From Candidatus Eiseniibacteriota bacterium (GTDB lineage: Bacteria; Eisenbacteria; RBG-16-71-46; CAIMUX01; VGJL01): DNA of 64,000 bases. Below, piece after piece: positions 1 to 9,410 of the stretch. Each line of letters begins with the position of its first letter. The first letter of the stretch is position 1. The notes below the pieces were generated by a model. It was not told the origin of the DNA. It made no database searches and saw nothing but the letters and a program-made list of their open reading frames with translations. The translations under genes were made by a program, and so were the position numbers. Location of the stretch: positions 1 to 64,000 of the forward strand of contig JBHGAY010000008.1 of assembly GCA_041946735.1 (NCBI GenBank), written 5' to 3'.

Positions 1-1
1 C

Positions 2-553
2 CGGGAGAACGACCGCAAGATCGCCGAGACGATCGCACCGCTGCTGCGCGACGGAGACTGGCTTGTGTTCGTCGGCCCCTCGCGCCCATCGATCGATTAC
101 TACCTGAGCGGCGGGCGCCCCGCGCGTCCCGATCCGCGCTACGTCAAGCTCCACTTCCCGGCGGTCACGGCCGGGAATCCCGCGTCGGAATACCCGGTTC
201 CCATCGACAGCCTGCGCGCGTGGGAAGCGGAGGCGCAGCGCGTGCGCCGGGAGTTCGAGGACGGGGCGGGCCCGGCGGACCGGCGCCTCTTCGTCGTCGG
301 TCCCATCGAGCGCGAGAAGCCTCGGCGTCCGAGCGCGCAGGACCTTCTCTATCCGGGGAACCTGCTCGTCTACACCCTCTGCGGGCTCGGACCGATCGAT
401 CCGATCGTGCGCCTCCCGGGCGACGAGGTGTTCTGCGACTGGATGGTCTTCGCGGTCCGGCGCGACGCGCTGATCCCGTGGGAGGACCTGCAGCCTGCGC
501 GGACGGAGGAATCGACCGGCGATCGCAGCGCCGCCGGCGGCGGCGCTCCGTAG
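2..553 (+). CDS. Hypothetical protein, 5'-truncated by the window edge (possibly the C-terminal part of a membrane glycosyltransferase)
   Basis: Frame is open from position 2 (RENDRKIAETIAPLLRDGDWLVFVGPSRPSIDYYL...) to TAG at 551-553, with GC3-rich codons. Function is a guess. Confidence 0.55.
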   Translation, partial: RENDRKIAETIAPLLRDGDWLVFVGPSRPSIDYYLSGGRPARPDPRYVKLHFPAVTAGNPASEYPVPIDSLRAWEAEAQRVRREFEDGAGPADRRLFVVGPIEREKPRRPSAQDLLYPGNLLVYTLCGLGPIDPIVRLPGDEVFCDWMVFAVRRDALIPWEDLQPARTEESTGDRSAAGGGAP

Positions 554-787
554 GGCGTTTCGCTTCCCTGACTCCCTCGCGCTTCGGTGATCCGACCGCA
601 ATTCGCTCCTGCGATTCCTTCGCGCACATCGATTACACATTCGACAGACAATCCGCTCGTCCTTGTGGGAACGGAACGATTGGACAAGAGTGAAAGAGAG
701 AGAGCGCGCGCAGTGTGGTTTCGCCAGGGGCGCGTGAGCAAGCGATGGGGCGATCGGGCGATCGAGAAGAGACGCGAGGAGGCGGCG

Positions 788-2158
788 ATGGACGGCAGGG
801 CAATGGATAGCGGCGCCATGGACGGCAGAGTGAGAGCCGCCTGGACGGACGCCGTTCGCCGCGCCGCCCGCCCGCTCGGAAGCATGCACGAGGGGTACGA
901 CAAGCTCCTGGAGCGGATCGGCGAGGCGCGGCTCGTGCTGATCGGCGAAGGATCGCATGGCACGCACGAGTTCTACAGAGAGAGAGTGGCGATCACGAGA
1001 CGGCTGATCGTCGAGAAGGGATTTCATGCAGTCGCGGTGGAAGCCGACTGGCCCGATGCCTACCGCGTGAACCGCTTCGTTCGCGGGTCGAACGAAAATC
1101 CGGACGCGGATCGTGCGTTGTCCGGCTTCCGCCGCTTTCCGACCTGGATGTGGCGCAACCGCGAGGTCCTCGATTTCGTCGAATGGCTACGCGCGCACAA
1201 CGACGCGCTGCCTCCCGGAGCCGAGCGAGTCGGCTTCTACGGGCTGGACCTCTACAGCCTGTACAGCTCGATCGAGAAGGTCCTCGCCTATCTCGCGCGG
1301 ATCGATCCTGTCGCTGCCCGAGTGGCTCGCGAGCGCTACGCCTGCTTCGACCACTTCTCCGAGGCGCAGGACTACGGCTTCTCCTCAGTCTTCGGGCGGC
1401 ACGAGTCGTGCGAGTCGGAGGTTGTCCAGGAGCTCGAGGAGATGCGCCGGAACGCTTGGGAGTACGAACGGCGGGACGGCCGGGCGGCCGCCGACGACTT
1501 CTTCGTCGCGGTTCAGAACGCGCACGTCGTGAAGAACGCCGAGGCGTACTACCGCGCGATGTTCCATGGCAGGAAATCGTCCTGGAACCTGCGGGACGAG
1601 CACATGGTCGAGACGCTCGGGGACCTGATCGACCACCTGGCGCGAACCGTCCCGCAACCGCGAGTCGTCGTGTGGGCGCACAACTCGCACCTGGGCGATG
1701 CGCGTGCCACCGAGATGGGCGAGCACGGGGAGCTGAACGTCGGACAGCTCGTACGCCAGCGATGGGGAGGCGATGCCTTCCTCATCGGGCAAACGACCTA
1801 CGAAGGTGCCGTTACGGCAGCGAACGACTGGGACGAGCCCGCCACTCGGATGAAGGTCGTCCCGGGCATGGAGGGCAGCTACGAGAGGCTCTTCCACGAC
1901 GCGGGAATCGGCGACTTCCTCTTGCTGGCTACGGACCCCGATGCCGGGGGCATTCCGGTCCGCCGGCTCGAGCGGGCGATCGGGGTCGTGTACCGGCCGC
2001 GCACCGAACGGATCAGCCACTACTTCGAAGCGGAGGTGACGCGGCAGTTCGACGCGGTTCTGCACTTCGATCGCACGCGAGCGGTCGAGCCGCTCGAGAG
2101 GGGCGTTGCTTGGAGCGAGGAGCGGGAGGCGGAGGAGACCTACCCGTCGGGGCTGTAG
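788..2158 (+). CDS. Erythromycin esterase (EreA/B-like, Rv2030c C-terminal-type) family protein
   Basis: Motifs LIGEGSHGTHEFY, AVEADWPD, FPTWMWRN, FYGLDLYSL, SWNLRDEHM, VVWAHNSHLGDARAT, RAIGVVY. ATG 788 follows a GAGGAGG RBS. Confidence 0.9.
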   Translation: MDGRAMDSGAMDGRVRAAWTDAVRRAARPLGSMHEGYDKLLERIGEARLVLIGEGSHGTHEFYRERVAITRRLIVEKGFHAVAVEADWPDAYRVNRFVRGSNENPDADRALSGFRRFPTWMWRNREVLDFVEWLRAHNDALPPGAERVGFYGLDLYSLYSSIEKVLAYLARIDPVAARVARERYACFDHFSEAQDYGFSSVFGRHESCESEVVQELEEMRRNAWEYERRDGRAAADDFFVAVQNAHVVKNAEAYYRAMFHGRKSSWNLRDEHMVETLGDLIDHLARTVPQPRVVVWAHNSHLGDARATEMGEHGELNVGQLVRQRWGGDAFLIGQTTYEGAVTAANDWDEPATRMKVVPGMEGSYERLFHDAGIGDFLLLATDPDAGGIPVRRLERAIGVVYRPRTERISHYFEAEVTRQFDAVLHFDRTRAVEPLERGVAWSEEREAEETYPSGL

Positions 2159-2224
2159 CGGCATGTAGCGGCACTGGCAGCGTGGAGCAGCGGGGGCGCG
2201 GCGGAGCATGGACCAGGAGGGAAC

Positions 2225-2650
2225 ATGCGTGAGATAGACATTCCCCGGGCGGGATGGAACGAGTTCCTTCCCGCGTTCGCGCAGATGCACTCGGGATGGC
2301 TGGTCGAAGTCGCTACGGTCGGCGCCGGCGCACGCGTTCGGCCGCTGGCGGCCGGGCCTCCGGCCGAGCCTCTCGCGCTCGAGGAGATTCGCGTGCGCGA
2401 CCGGGACGAACTGGCGGACGTAACCCTGCGGCTGTCAAGACCGCCTCGAGAGGGAGGCGGTCCTAGTCCGAAGAGAGGCGGTCCTGAAGACTCGGAGGCG
2501 CAGATTTCGGTTCCCGGAGTGGTGCGCGTGGTTCTCGAGCGTGACGACGAAGGGGTTGATGCGGGCCTCCAGCTTCTCCAGGGCTCCGGAAGTGTGGCGT
2601 CGATACGATTCCGGGTGGCCTTGCGTCCGGAGATGCTGGATGGCGCATGA
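2225..2650 (+). CDS. DUF5335-like family protein
   Basis: N-terminus EIDIPRAGWNEFLPAFAQMHSGWLVEV fits the family pattern. AGGAGG RBS. Confidence 0.6.
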   Translation: MREIDIPRAGWNEFLPAFAQMHSGWLVEVATVGAGARVRPLAAGPPAEPLALEEIRVRDRDELADVTLRLSRPPREGGGPSPKRGGPEDSEAQISVPGVVRVVLERDDEGVDAGLQLLQGSGSVASIRFRVALRPEMLDGA

Positions 2651-2689
2651 GGCCGCGCCGCGACGACGATCGGAAAGGAGCGTGAAACG

Positions 2690-3127
2690 ATGACCTGTCG
2701 TGATCTCATGACGGAAAACCCTGTCTACTGCACCAAGAGCGACATCGTCGTCCAGCCGGCCCGGCTGATGCGCGACGAGCAGGTGGGACCGATCCCCGTG
2801 GTGGAAGACCCCTCGAGCCGCCGCCTGATCGGAATCGTGACGGACCGCGATCTGGCGCTCAAGGTCGTCGCCGAAGGGCGGGACCCGAACTCCACGCGGG
2901 TCGAGGCGGTGATGACGAGGGATCCGATCACCTGCCATCCGGACGACGACGTAAAGGAGGCGATGTCGGCCATGGAGGATCATCAGCTTCGCAGGATCCC
3001 GATCGTCGAGGATGGGGACCGGCTGGTGGGAATCATCGCGCAGGCGGATATCGCCCGGAAGAAGGGGAAGGGGGACACGGCGGAGGTCGTGAAGTCGGTG
3101 TCAGAGCCGCAGGGGAAGAAGCACTAG
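2690..3127 (+). CDS. CBS domain pair protein (Hrp1/Rv2626c-like)
   Basis: Tandem CBS motifs GPIPVVED..LIGIVTDRDL and RRIPIVED..LVGIIAQADI. AAGGAG RBS. Confidence 0.92.
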   Translation: MTCRDLMTENPVYCTKSDIVVQPARLMRDEQVGPIPVVEDPSSRRLIGIVTDRDLALKVVAEGRDPNSTRVEAVMTRDPITCHPDDDVKEAMSAMEDHQLRRIPIVEDGDRLVGIIAQADIARKKGKGDTAEVVKSVSEPQGKKH

Positions 3128-4521
3128 TCCCCCGGGCTCGACCTCCTCGATGGCGCGGGGCGGGCCGCCCCCGCGCCGCCAACCGCTCGCGCGCTACTCG
3201 ATCCTCCGTCCCGCTCGAGAATCTCCCGGTAAACCGCGACGGTCTTCGCGGCGACGCTGTCGGGATGGAAGCGGCGCGCGGCCGCGTCGCGCGCATGCCC
3301 GGACATCGCGGCGCGGCGCCCATCGTCGCCGTGGATCGCCGCGATGGCGGCGGCGCAGGCTTCGGCGTCGCCGGGCGGATAGACGAGGCCGCACCGTCCC
3401 GCATCGAGCATGTCGGAGACTCCTCCAACGTCCGCCGAAACGACGGGCAGCCCGCACGCCATCGCCTGCGCGATCACCTGCGGGGCGGTTTCCTCGCGCG
3501 AGGCGAGCAGTAGGATCTCCGCCGTCCGGTATTCCTCGAGCAACTGCTCGTGCGATACGCCCCCGGTGAGCGTCACGGAATCGCCGATGCCCGCGACCGC
3601 GATCGCCTGGCGCACGGCTGCTTCGTACACGTCGCCGAAGAGCGGGCCCACGATTCGCAGCTCGTACGGCGAGGGGCGGGCGCCCCCCGCGGCCGTGACG
3701 AGACGCGCGAGGGCGGCGATCAGGATGGTGACCTGTTTGCGCGGTACGACCGTTCCGACGAACAGCAGCCGGCCGGCGACCGGCCGCCGCTCGAGGCGGA
3801 AGAATGTTTCGTCGATCGGATTGTCGATCGGGTGCGCACGCGCGGTGAGGAGCGTTCCGTAGGCCTGGCGCAGGTAGGGGGAGATCAGGATCATGTCGGG
3901 CGCGCAGCGGAAGACCTCGCGCTCGTTGCCGTCCATCATCCCTTTCTTGATGGCGCCTTTGAGATCGAGCACGCCGCGGCGTTGCAAGCCGCTCTCGACG
4001 AAGATCACCCCGTGGGGAGTGACGACGCAGGGCAGGCCGCATCGTACGGCGGCGAGGCCGTGACGGTCCTGGCCCTGGCCATGCACGATCTCAGGGCCGA
4101 GCGCGCGGATTCGGCGCACGAGACGCGGGACGTCCCAGGCCCGGCAGGTCGCGAGCCGCGGGAGCGGCGGGCGCGCGACGAAGTGGACGCGCAGGCGTCC
4201 CGCCGTCCTGTCGAGCGGGCCGGCACCGGCCGGGATGCGGGTGGCGCACACGACGTGGCACTCGACGTCGTCGCGTCGGGCGAGGGCGTGGGCCAGCACA
4301 TGCGTGACGGACTGGACGCCGCCGCCGTGGATCTCGTTCTCGCGCACCGGATACTCGCCGCAGAGAGCTACGCGGATCGGCTTGCCGGCCCGTCCGCCGC
4401 CGGATGCCTCGGTCTCGCTCGAAGCGTCGGTCTCGCGGCAAGCGTCGATCCCGCTCGAAGCGTCGGTCCCGCCGGAAGCGTCTGTCCCGCCGGGTGGCCG
4501 CGCAATCACGCCGGCTTCCAT
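3124..4521 (-). CDS. Glycosyltransferase family 4 (GT-B)
   Basis: GGVQSVTHVLA N-terminal motif, LFVGTVVPRKQV and ETAPQVIAQAMACGLPVV (EX7E-like). Start at ATG 4521 or GTG 4509, overlapping the upstream gene end. Confidence 0.88.
   Translation of the reverse strand: MEAGVIARPPGGTDASGGTDASSGIDACRETDASSETEASGGGRAGKPIRVALCGEYPVRENEIHGGGVQSVTHVLAHALARRDDVECHVVCATRIPAGAGPLDRTAGRLRVHFVARPPLPRLATCRAWDVPRLVRRIRALGPEIVHGQGQDRHGLAAVRCGLPCVVTPHGVIFVESGLQRRGVLDLKGAIKKGMMDGNEREVFRCAPDMILISPYLRQAYGTLLTARAHPIDNPIDETFFRLERRPVAGRLLFVGTVVPRKQVTILIAALARLVTAAGGARPSPYELRIVGPLFGDVYEAAVRQAIAVAGIGDSVTLTGGVSHEQLLEEYRTAEILLLASREETAPQVIAQAMACGLPVVSADVGGVSDMLDAGRCGLVYPPGDAEACAAAIAAIHGDDGRRAAMSGHARDAAARRFHPDSVAAKTVAVYREILERDGGSSSARAVGGAGAARPAPSRRSSPGD
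4404..4492. repeat. 18-bp degenerate tandem repeat (~5 copies) encoding GGTDAS-like hexapeptides at the GT4 N-terminus
   Basis: gaagcgtcggtctcgcgg / caagcgtcgatcccgctc / gaagcgtcggtcccgccg / gaagcgtctgtcccgccg. Confidence 0.8.
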
Positions 4522-5477
4522 CCCAGGTCGGCCGCGAGCCTTCTCAGGCCCTCTTCCATCGAGACTTTCGGCTCCCAGCCCGTCGAGCGAAGTGCCGCGA
4601 CGTCTCCGGACAGGACGTCGATGTCTCCCTTCCAGGAGGGAAGGCCGTAGACGACCTCGGTCCCCTCGATCGCGAGAGTGCGCAGGATCAGCCCCACGAG
4701 CTCCCGGATCGAGATGGTGCGGCCGCCCGACACGTTCCAAACCGCGGGTTCCCCGCCGTCGAGCGGATGGAGCGAGGCGAGCCGGAAGGCGGCGACGGTG
4801 TCGGAGACGAAGCAGTAGTCCCGGCGCTGCTCGCCGTCGCCGAGGACCTCCAGGCGGCGCCGATCGCGCGCGAGCTTCTGCATGAGGTCGTAGGCGACGT
4901 AGCGCCGCTGGCGCGGCCCGTAGGTGTTGAAAATGCGCAGGATCGCCAGCTCGAAGCCGAAGGTGCGCGCGTAGGCGTAGAGCATCCGCTCCGCCGCGAC
5001 CTTCGATCCTCCATAGGGTGAGATAGGCAGAAGCGGATGGCTTTCCGCAACCGGGATGGTCCGCGGGGGACCGTAGACCGCCGCGCTGGAAGCGAAGACG
5101 ATGCGCCGCACGCCATGGCGGACGGCCGCGTCCGCGACGTGGAACGTCCCGCCGGCGTTCGTCGCGAAGTCGTAGCCCCGATCCTCGACCGAAGCGGGGA
5201 CGGACGCGTTCGCACCAAGATGGAAGACGACCGAGCAGCCGGAAACGGCGGCATCGACGGCGGCTGGGTCGCGCAAGTCGCCGGTCCGGAGATCGATCCG
5301 ATGGCGGACGCCCGCCAGGTTCTCGAGCGATCCGGCTTGCAGGTTGTCGAGGACGCGGACCTCGAGGCCCTCCTCGACGAGCCGGTCGACCAGGTGCGAG
5401 CCGAGGAATCCCGCTCCTCCCGTGACCAGGACCCGCTCTCCATGCGTTCTCTCGATCATCCGGTGCGCCTCCTTCAT
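4506..5477 (-). CDS. NAD-dependent epimerase/dehydratase (UDP-glucose 4-epimerase-like extended SDR)
   Basis: VLVTGGAGFLGSHL, ASSAAVYG, SPYGGSK (YxxxK), RIFNTYGPRQ. Start at 5477 or 5459. Confidence 0.92.
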   Translation of the reverse strand: MKEAHRMIERTHGERVLVTGGAGFLGSHLVDRLVEEGLEVRVLDNLQAGSLENLAGVRHRIDLRTGDLRDPAAVDAAVSGCSVVFHLGANASVPASVEDRGYDFATNAGGTFHVADAAVRHGVRRIVFASSAAVYGPPRTIPVAESHPLLPISPYGGSKVAAERMLYAYARTFGFELAILRIFNTYGPRQRRYVAYDLMQKLARDRRRLEVLGDGEQRRDYCFVSDTVAAFRLASLHPLDGGEPAVWNVSGGRTISIRELVGLILRTLAIEGTEVVYGLPSWKGDIDVLSGDVAALRSTGWEPKVSMEEGLRRLAADLGWKPA

Positions 5478-5610
5478 GTCCAGCGCCTCCTCCGCGGCAG
5501 CACGCGCGAGTCGACTGGGCTCGCGTGATCGTACAAGAGTGAGAGCGCGCGGGGAAGGGCGCCGCGCGCGTGCCCGCACGAACCCGCTCCTACCCGCCCG
5601 GACCTCGCAT

Positions 5611-6336
5611 CTACAGGATCCGCGAGAGGAACGCAGCCGTCCGCTTCTCGCGCGGGTGGTCGAAGATCTCCTGCGGACTTCCCGCCTCGACGATCTCCCC
5701 CCGGTCGAGGAACAGCACTTGCGTGGCCACTTCCCGCGCGAAGCCCATCTCGTGCGTGGCGACCGCCATCGTCATTCCGCTTCTCGCAAGATGGCGCATG
5801 ACATCCAGCACCTCGTGGATCATTTCGGGATCCAGGGCGGACGTCGGCTCGTCGAACAGCAGGATCTTCGGCCGCATCGCGAGCGCGCGCGCGATCGCCA
5901 CCCGCTGCTGCTCGCCTCCCGAGAGCCGGCGCGGCTTTCGCTCCTCCTTGCCGGCGAGGCCGACCCGCGCGAGGATCTCCCGCGCCTCCCTCTCCGCCTC
6001 CTCGCGCCGCTTGCGACGGACCACTTGCGGGCCGAGCGCGACGTTGCGAAGCGCCGTCAGATGCGGGAAGAGATGGAAGTGCTGGAAGACCATTCCGGTC
6101 TCGGCCCGGATCTCATGGATCGTCCGCGCTTCGCGGTCGAGAGGGACGCCGTCGAGGATCACGCGCCCCTCGTCGAGCCGCTCGAGGCCATTGACGAGCC
6201 GCAGCACGGTGCTCTTGCCGCTTCCCGACGGCCCGATCAGCACCGTGGTCGTCCCCTTTGGGATCACGAAGCTCACGTTCCGGACGGCTGTCACGCCTCC
6301 GAACCGCTTCGTGATCCCTTCGGCGCGAACCATCAC
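5611..6336 (-). CDS. Polar amino acid ABC transporter ATP-binding protein (GlnQ-like)
   Basis: Walker [10 protein letters not shown], signature [35 protein letters not shown]. Confidence 0.95.
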   Translation of the reverse strand: MMVRAEGITKRFGGVTAVRNVSFVIPKGTTTVLIGPSGSGKSTVLRLVNGLERLDEGRVILDGVPLDREARTIHEIRAETGMVFQHFHLFPHLTALRNVALGPQVVRRKRREEAEREAREILARVGLAGKEERKPRRLSGGEQQRVAIARALAMRPKILLFDEPTSALDPEMIHEVLDVMRHLARSGMTMAVATHEMGFAREVATQVLFLDRGEIVEAGSPQEIFDHPREKRTAAFLSRIL

Positions 6337-7010
6337 GCTTCTCCGGCATGGAGCCGCCGCTCGAGAAGGGCGGAGAGGCGGGAGAGGACGAGCGTCATCG
6401 CCAGGTAGAGCAGAGCGACGATCGTCCAGGTCTGGAAGTCAGAGAAGGTGGCGGAGTAGTACTCGCGGCCGGCGCGGGTGAGCTCCCGCAGGCCGAGGAT
6501 CGAAACGAGCGAGGAGTCCTTCAGGCACGCGACGAAGTCGTTCAAGACCGGAGGGATCACGATCCGCATCGCTTGCGGCAGGACGACGTGGCGCAGGCAC
6601 TGTGGTGTGGTCAGCCCGAGCGAGCGCGCCGCCTCCCATTGCCCGGCCGGGACCGCCTGGATCCCGGCGCGGATCGTCTCGCCGATGTAGGCGCTGTAGC
6701 CGATGCCGATCGCCAGGACGCCGGCCGGAAATCGGTCCAGCGAGAGGATCCGGCCGAGCCCGAAGTAGAGGAAGAAGATCTGCACGAGCAGCGGGATGCC
6801 GCGCAACGCGTCGACGTACACGGTAGCGGCGGCCCGCAGAGGACGATGGGAGCCGGTGCGCAGGATCCCGATCGCCACGCCTAGCACGAGGGCGATCGCG
6901 AAGGCGGCGAGCGTGATCTGCAGTGTCGCGGGGACGGCGGGAAGGAGATACACCAGGATGCGGCCGAGAAGCCGCGCCTGATCGACGATCGCCTGCCAGG
7001 CTTCCGTCAC
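6333..7010 (-). CDS. Polar amino acid ABC transporter permease
   Basis: [35 protein letters not shown] (EAA loop), VVLPQA, KDSSLVS. 4-nt overlap with the ATPase gene. Confidence 0.95.
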   Translation of the reverse strand: MTEAWQAIVDQARLLGRILVYLLPAVPATLQITLAAFAIALVLGVAIGILRTGSHRPLRAAATVYVDALRGIPLLVQIFFLYFGLGRILSLDRFPAGVLAIGIGYSAYIGETIRAGIQAVPAGQWEAARSLGLTTPQCLRHVVLPQAMRIVIPPVLNDFVACLKDSSLVSILGLRELTRAGREYYSATFSDFQTWTIVALLYLAMTLVLSRLSALLERRLHAGEA

Positions 7011-7025
7011 GCGGTCCTCACCCCT

Positions 7026-7835
7026 TCAAGGCGCCGGGAGCTTCCACGCTTCTCGGAGCGCGGCGATCTTCCCCTCGCGCTCCATCGCCTCGAGCGCCGC
7101 GTCGATCGCCGCCGCCAGATCGGGATCGGTCTTGCGCATCGCGATCCCGTACGACTCGCGCGTGATCGGCTCGCCGGTCAAGCGGATGTCGGGATGGTCC
7201 GAGGCGAAGAGCCGGGCGGTCGGCGTGTCGGCGATGACCGCGTCGAGGTGCCCGTTGCGGAGGTCGAGGAACGCGGCGCCGATCGCATCGAAGCTGACCA
7301 CGCTCGCCTCCGCAATTGTCTTCGCGGTCCGCTCCCCGGTCGTTCCAAGCTGGACGCCGATCCGTTTGCCCCGCAGCTCCTCGGGTGTCTCGATCGCGCT
7401 GCCGGCGGCGACGCAGATCGATTGGCCGGCCGCGTAGTACGGCCGGCTGAACTGCACCTCGCGCGCGCGTTCCTCGGTGATCGTCATCGCGGAGATCACC
7501 GCGTCGTACTTCCCGGACCGGAGCGCCGGCAGGATTCCCTCGAACGGTACGTTCTCGAAGCGGGCCTCCGCTCCCAGGCGGACCGCCACCTCGCGCATCA
7601 GGTCGATGTCGAAGCCGGCGGGGCGCGCGGTCGCCGGGTCGATCGATTCGAACGGCGGATAGGTCGCATCGGTGCCGACCTCGAGCACTCGCGTCCGCTG
7701 GATCCGCGCGAGGGTCGTCTCGGACGCCGGCCGGCCGCACGAGAGAAGGGAAGGGGAGAGCACCAGCCACAGGACGACAGGAAGCGCCGCTTTTCGATGC
7801 ATCGAGTCGCGGCCTCGGCGGGGAGAATCGTTCAT
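7026..7835 (-). CDS. Basic/polar amino acid ABC transporter substrate-binding lipoprotein (SBP_bac_3)
   Basis: Lipobox [37 protein letters not shown]. Confidence 0.93.
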   Translation of the reverse strand: MNDSPRRGRDSMHRKAALPVVLWLVLSPSLLSCGRPASETTLARIQRTRVLEVGTDATYPPFESIDPATARPAGFDIDLMREVAVRLGAEARFENVPFEGILPALRSGKYDAVISAMTITEERAREVQFSRPYYAAGQSICVAAGSAIETPEELRGKRIGVQLGTTGERTAKTIAEASVVSFDAIGAAFLDLRNGHLDAVIADTPTARLFASDHPDIRLTGEPITRESYGIAMRKTDPDLAAAIDAALEAMEREGKIAALREAWKLPAP

Positions 7836-7843
7836 GCGCGGTC

Positions 7844-7872
7844 ACGGTAGGTGCCGGCCGGGAGCCTGTCAA
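7844..7872 (-). promoter_or_regulatory. Sigma70-type promoter of the ABC operon (TTGACA-N17-TACCGT)
   Basis: Perfect -35 (7872-7867) and a TAnnnT -10 (7849-7844) at 17-nt spacing, 8 nt before ATG 7835. Confidence 0.65.
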
Positions 7873-7965
7873 CGTCGCCGGCGGCTTGACCGGCCCGGCG
7901 CCGGCAGGGGAAGATCGGCTCTCGCATGCGCGCGGCAGGCTCCGCGCGGGAAAGGGGTGAAGCCG

Positions 7966-8559
7966 ATGAGGAGTCCTGCCAGTGGACTCGCAGGTCTGGG
8001 AATCACCGCAGCCCTCGCGATCGCCCTTGTGGGTTGCGGAGGCCGAAAGGACGCGGGATCGGGCAACCTGTCGCAGGGGGAGTCGCAAGAGCGCCAGCAG
8101 CAGCAGGCGCAGCAGGAGCAAGCGCAGCCGCAGGCGCAGCAGGAGGCGCCGCCAGCGGCCGAGCAGGCGCCGGCCACGACTCCCGGACCGCCCCCGCTCA
8201 CCACGGAACAGGAGGCGCGCATGGTCACGACGAAGACCGGCTTGAAGTACGTGGACGTCGTCGAGGGGACCGGTCCCAGCCCGTCTGCCGGGCAGAAAGT
8301 GTCGGTGCACTACACCGGATGGCTCGCGGATGGCACGAAGTTCGACAGTTCGGTCGACCGGGGCCAGCCGTTCCAGTTCGTCCTCGGCCAGGGGATGGTC
8401 ATCAAGGGGTGGGACGAAGGGGTCGCGACGATGAAGGTCGGCGGGAAGCGTCGGTTGATCATTCCGGGCAACCTCGCCTACGGGCCGAAGGGCTATCCCG
8501 GCGTCATCCCTCCCAACGCGGAACTGACCTTCGACGTGCAGCTTCTCGGGATTCAGTGA
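7966..8559 (+). CDS. FKBP-type peptidyl-prolyl cis-trans isomerase, lipoprotein
   Basis: Lipobox LVGC, Q/A/P-rich linker, [42 protein letters not shown]. Confidence 0.95.
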   Translation: MRSPASGLAGLGITAALAIALVGCGGRKDAGSGNLSQGESQERQQQQAQQEQAQPQAQQEAPPAAEQAPATTPGPPPLTTEQEARMVTTKTGLKYVDVVEGTGPSPSAGQKVSVHYTGWLADGTKFDSSVDRGQPFQFVLGQGMVIKGWDEGVATMKVGGKRRLIIPGNLAYGPKGYPGVIPPNAELTFDVQLLGIQ

Positions 8560-8614
8560 CCGGCGGCTCGCGCGGGGCTCGTCGGGATCCCTGATCGGCG
8601 GATTGGATCCGTGA

Positions 8615-8653
8615 TCGCCTGATCCTGCCGGTCGCCTGATCCTGCCGGTCGCC
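8615..8653. repeat. 17-bp tandem duplication in a convergent intergenic gap
   Basis: tcgcctgatcctgccgg x2 plus tcgcc. Confidence 0.85.
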
Positions 8654-8706
8654 CGGGCCGCCGACCCGGCGGCCGCCCCGACGCGTGGTCCGGACGAGCC
8701 CGCGCG

Positions 8707-9354
8707 CTACCGCCGAAGGAACTCGAGCGTTCGCTCCCACGCGAGCGCCGCCGCCGGTTCATCGTAGGCGTCCGCGCGATCCGGCTCGCAGAACCAGTGC
8801 CCCGTCCCCGCATAGCGGTGGAACGTCACCGGCCGCCCGGCTTTGCGCAGCGACTCCTCGAGCTCATCGACGTTCGACGCCGGCTCGTAGGGGTCGTTCT
8901 CCGCGAAGTGCCCGAGGTAGGCGGCACGCGACCGGCTCGGATCGACGCCGCCCGTTCCGTAGTAGAGGACGACCGAACGGATCCGCTCCGGTTCGGACGC
9001 CGCCAGCGCGAGCGCGTAGTAGGTGCCGAGCGAGAATCCGATGACGGCAAGCCCCGGGTGCCCGGCCGCTGGCGACAGCCCTTCGAGATAGCGAACCGCT
9101 GCGGCGACCTCCGCCATCGCTTCCCGCTCGCGCGCATCCAACGCGCGGCCGAGCATCGTCGCCCGCTCGATCGTGTCGGCGACCTCCCCGTGGTAGAGGT
9201 CCGGCGCGAACGCCACGAAGCCCGAATCGGCGAGTCGTGAGCAGAGGCGTTTCATCGTGTCGTTCAGCCCCCACCAGGCGTGAAGGACGAGAACGCCGGA
9301 GCCCTCGCCGTCCGGGGGGACGGCCAGGAACCCTTGCGGACGAGGATCGGTCAT
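8707..9354 (-). CDS. Dienelactone hydrolase family protein
   Basis: LVLHAWWGLN, FVAFAPDLY, nucleophile elbow GFSLG, GHFAENDPY, YAGTGHWF. Confidence 0.9.
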   Translation of the reverse strand: MTDPRPQGFLAVPPDGEGSGVLVLHAWWGLNDTMKRLCSRLADSGFVAFAPDLYHGEVADTIERATMLGRALDAREREAMAEVAAAVRYLEGLSPAAGHPGLAVIGFSLGTYYALALAASEPERIRSVVLYYGTGGVDPSRSRAAYLGHFAENDPYEPASNVDELEESLRKAGRPVTFHRYAGTGHWFCEPDRADAYDEPAAALAWERTLEFLRR

Positions 9355-9410
9355 CGAACCTCCGACAGCGTCTCCGCGGCGCGCCTGCATGCCGGCGCTC
9401 CCGCGTACGC

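Noticed and set aside
788..2158. Acquired macrolide resistance gene
   Set aside because: Belongs to the broad chromosomal Ere-like family, sits in a stress-type context, and has no mobile-element features.
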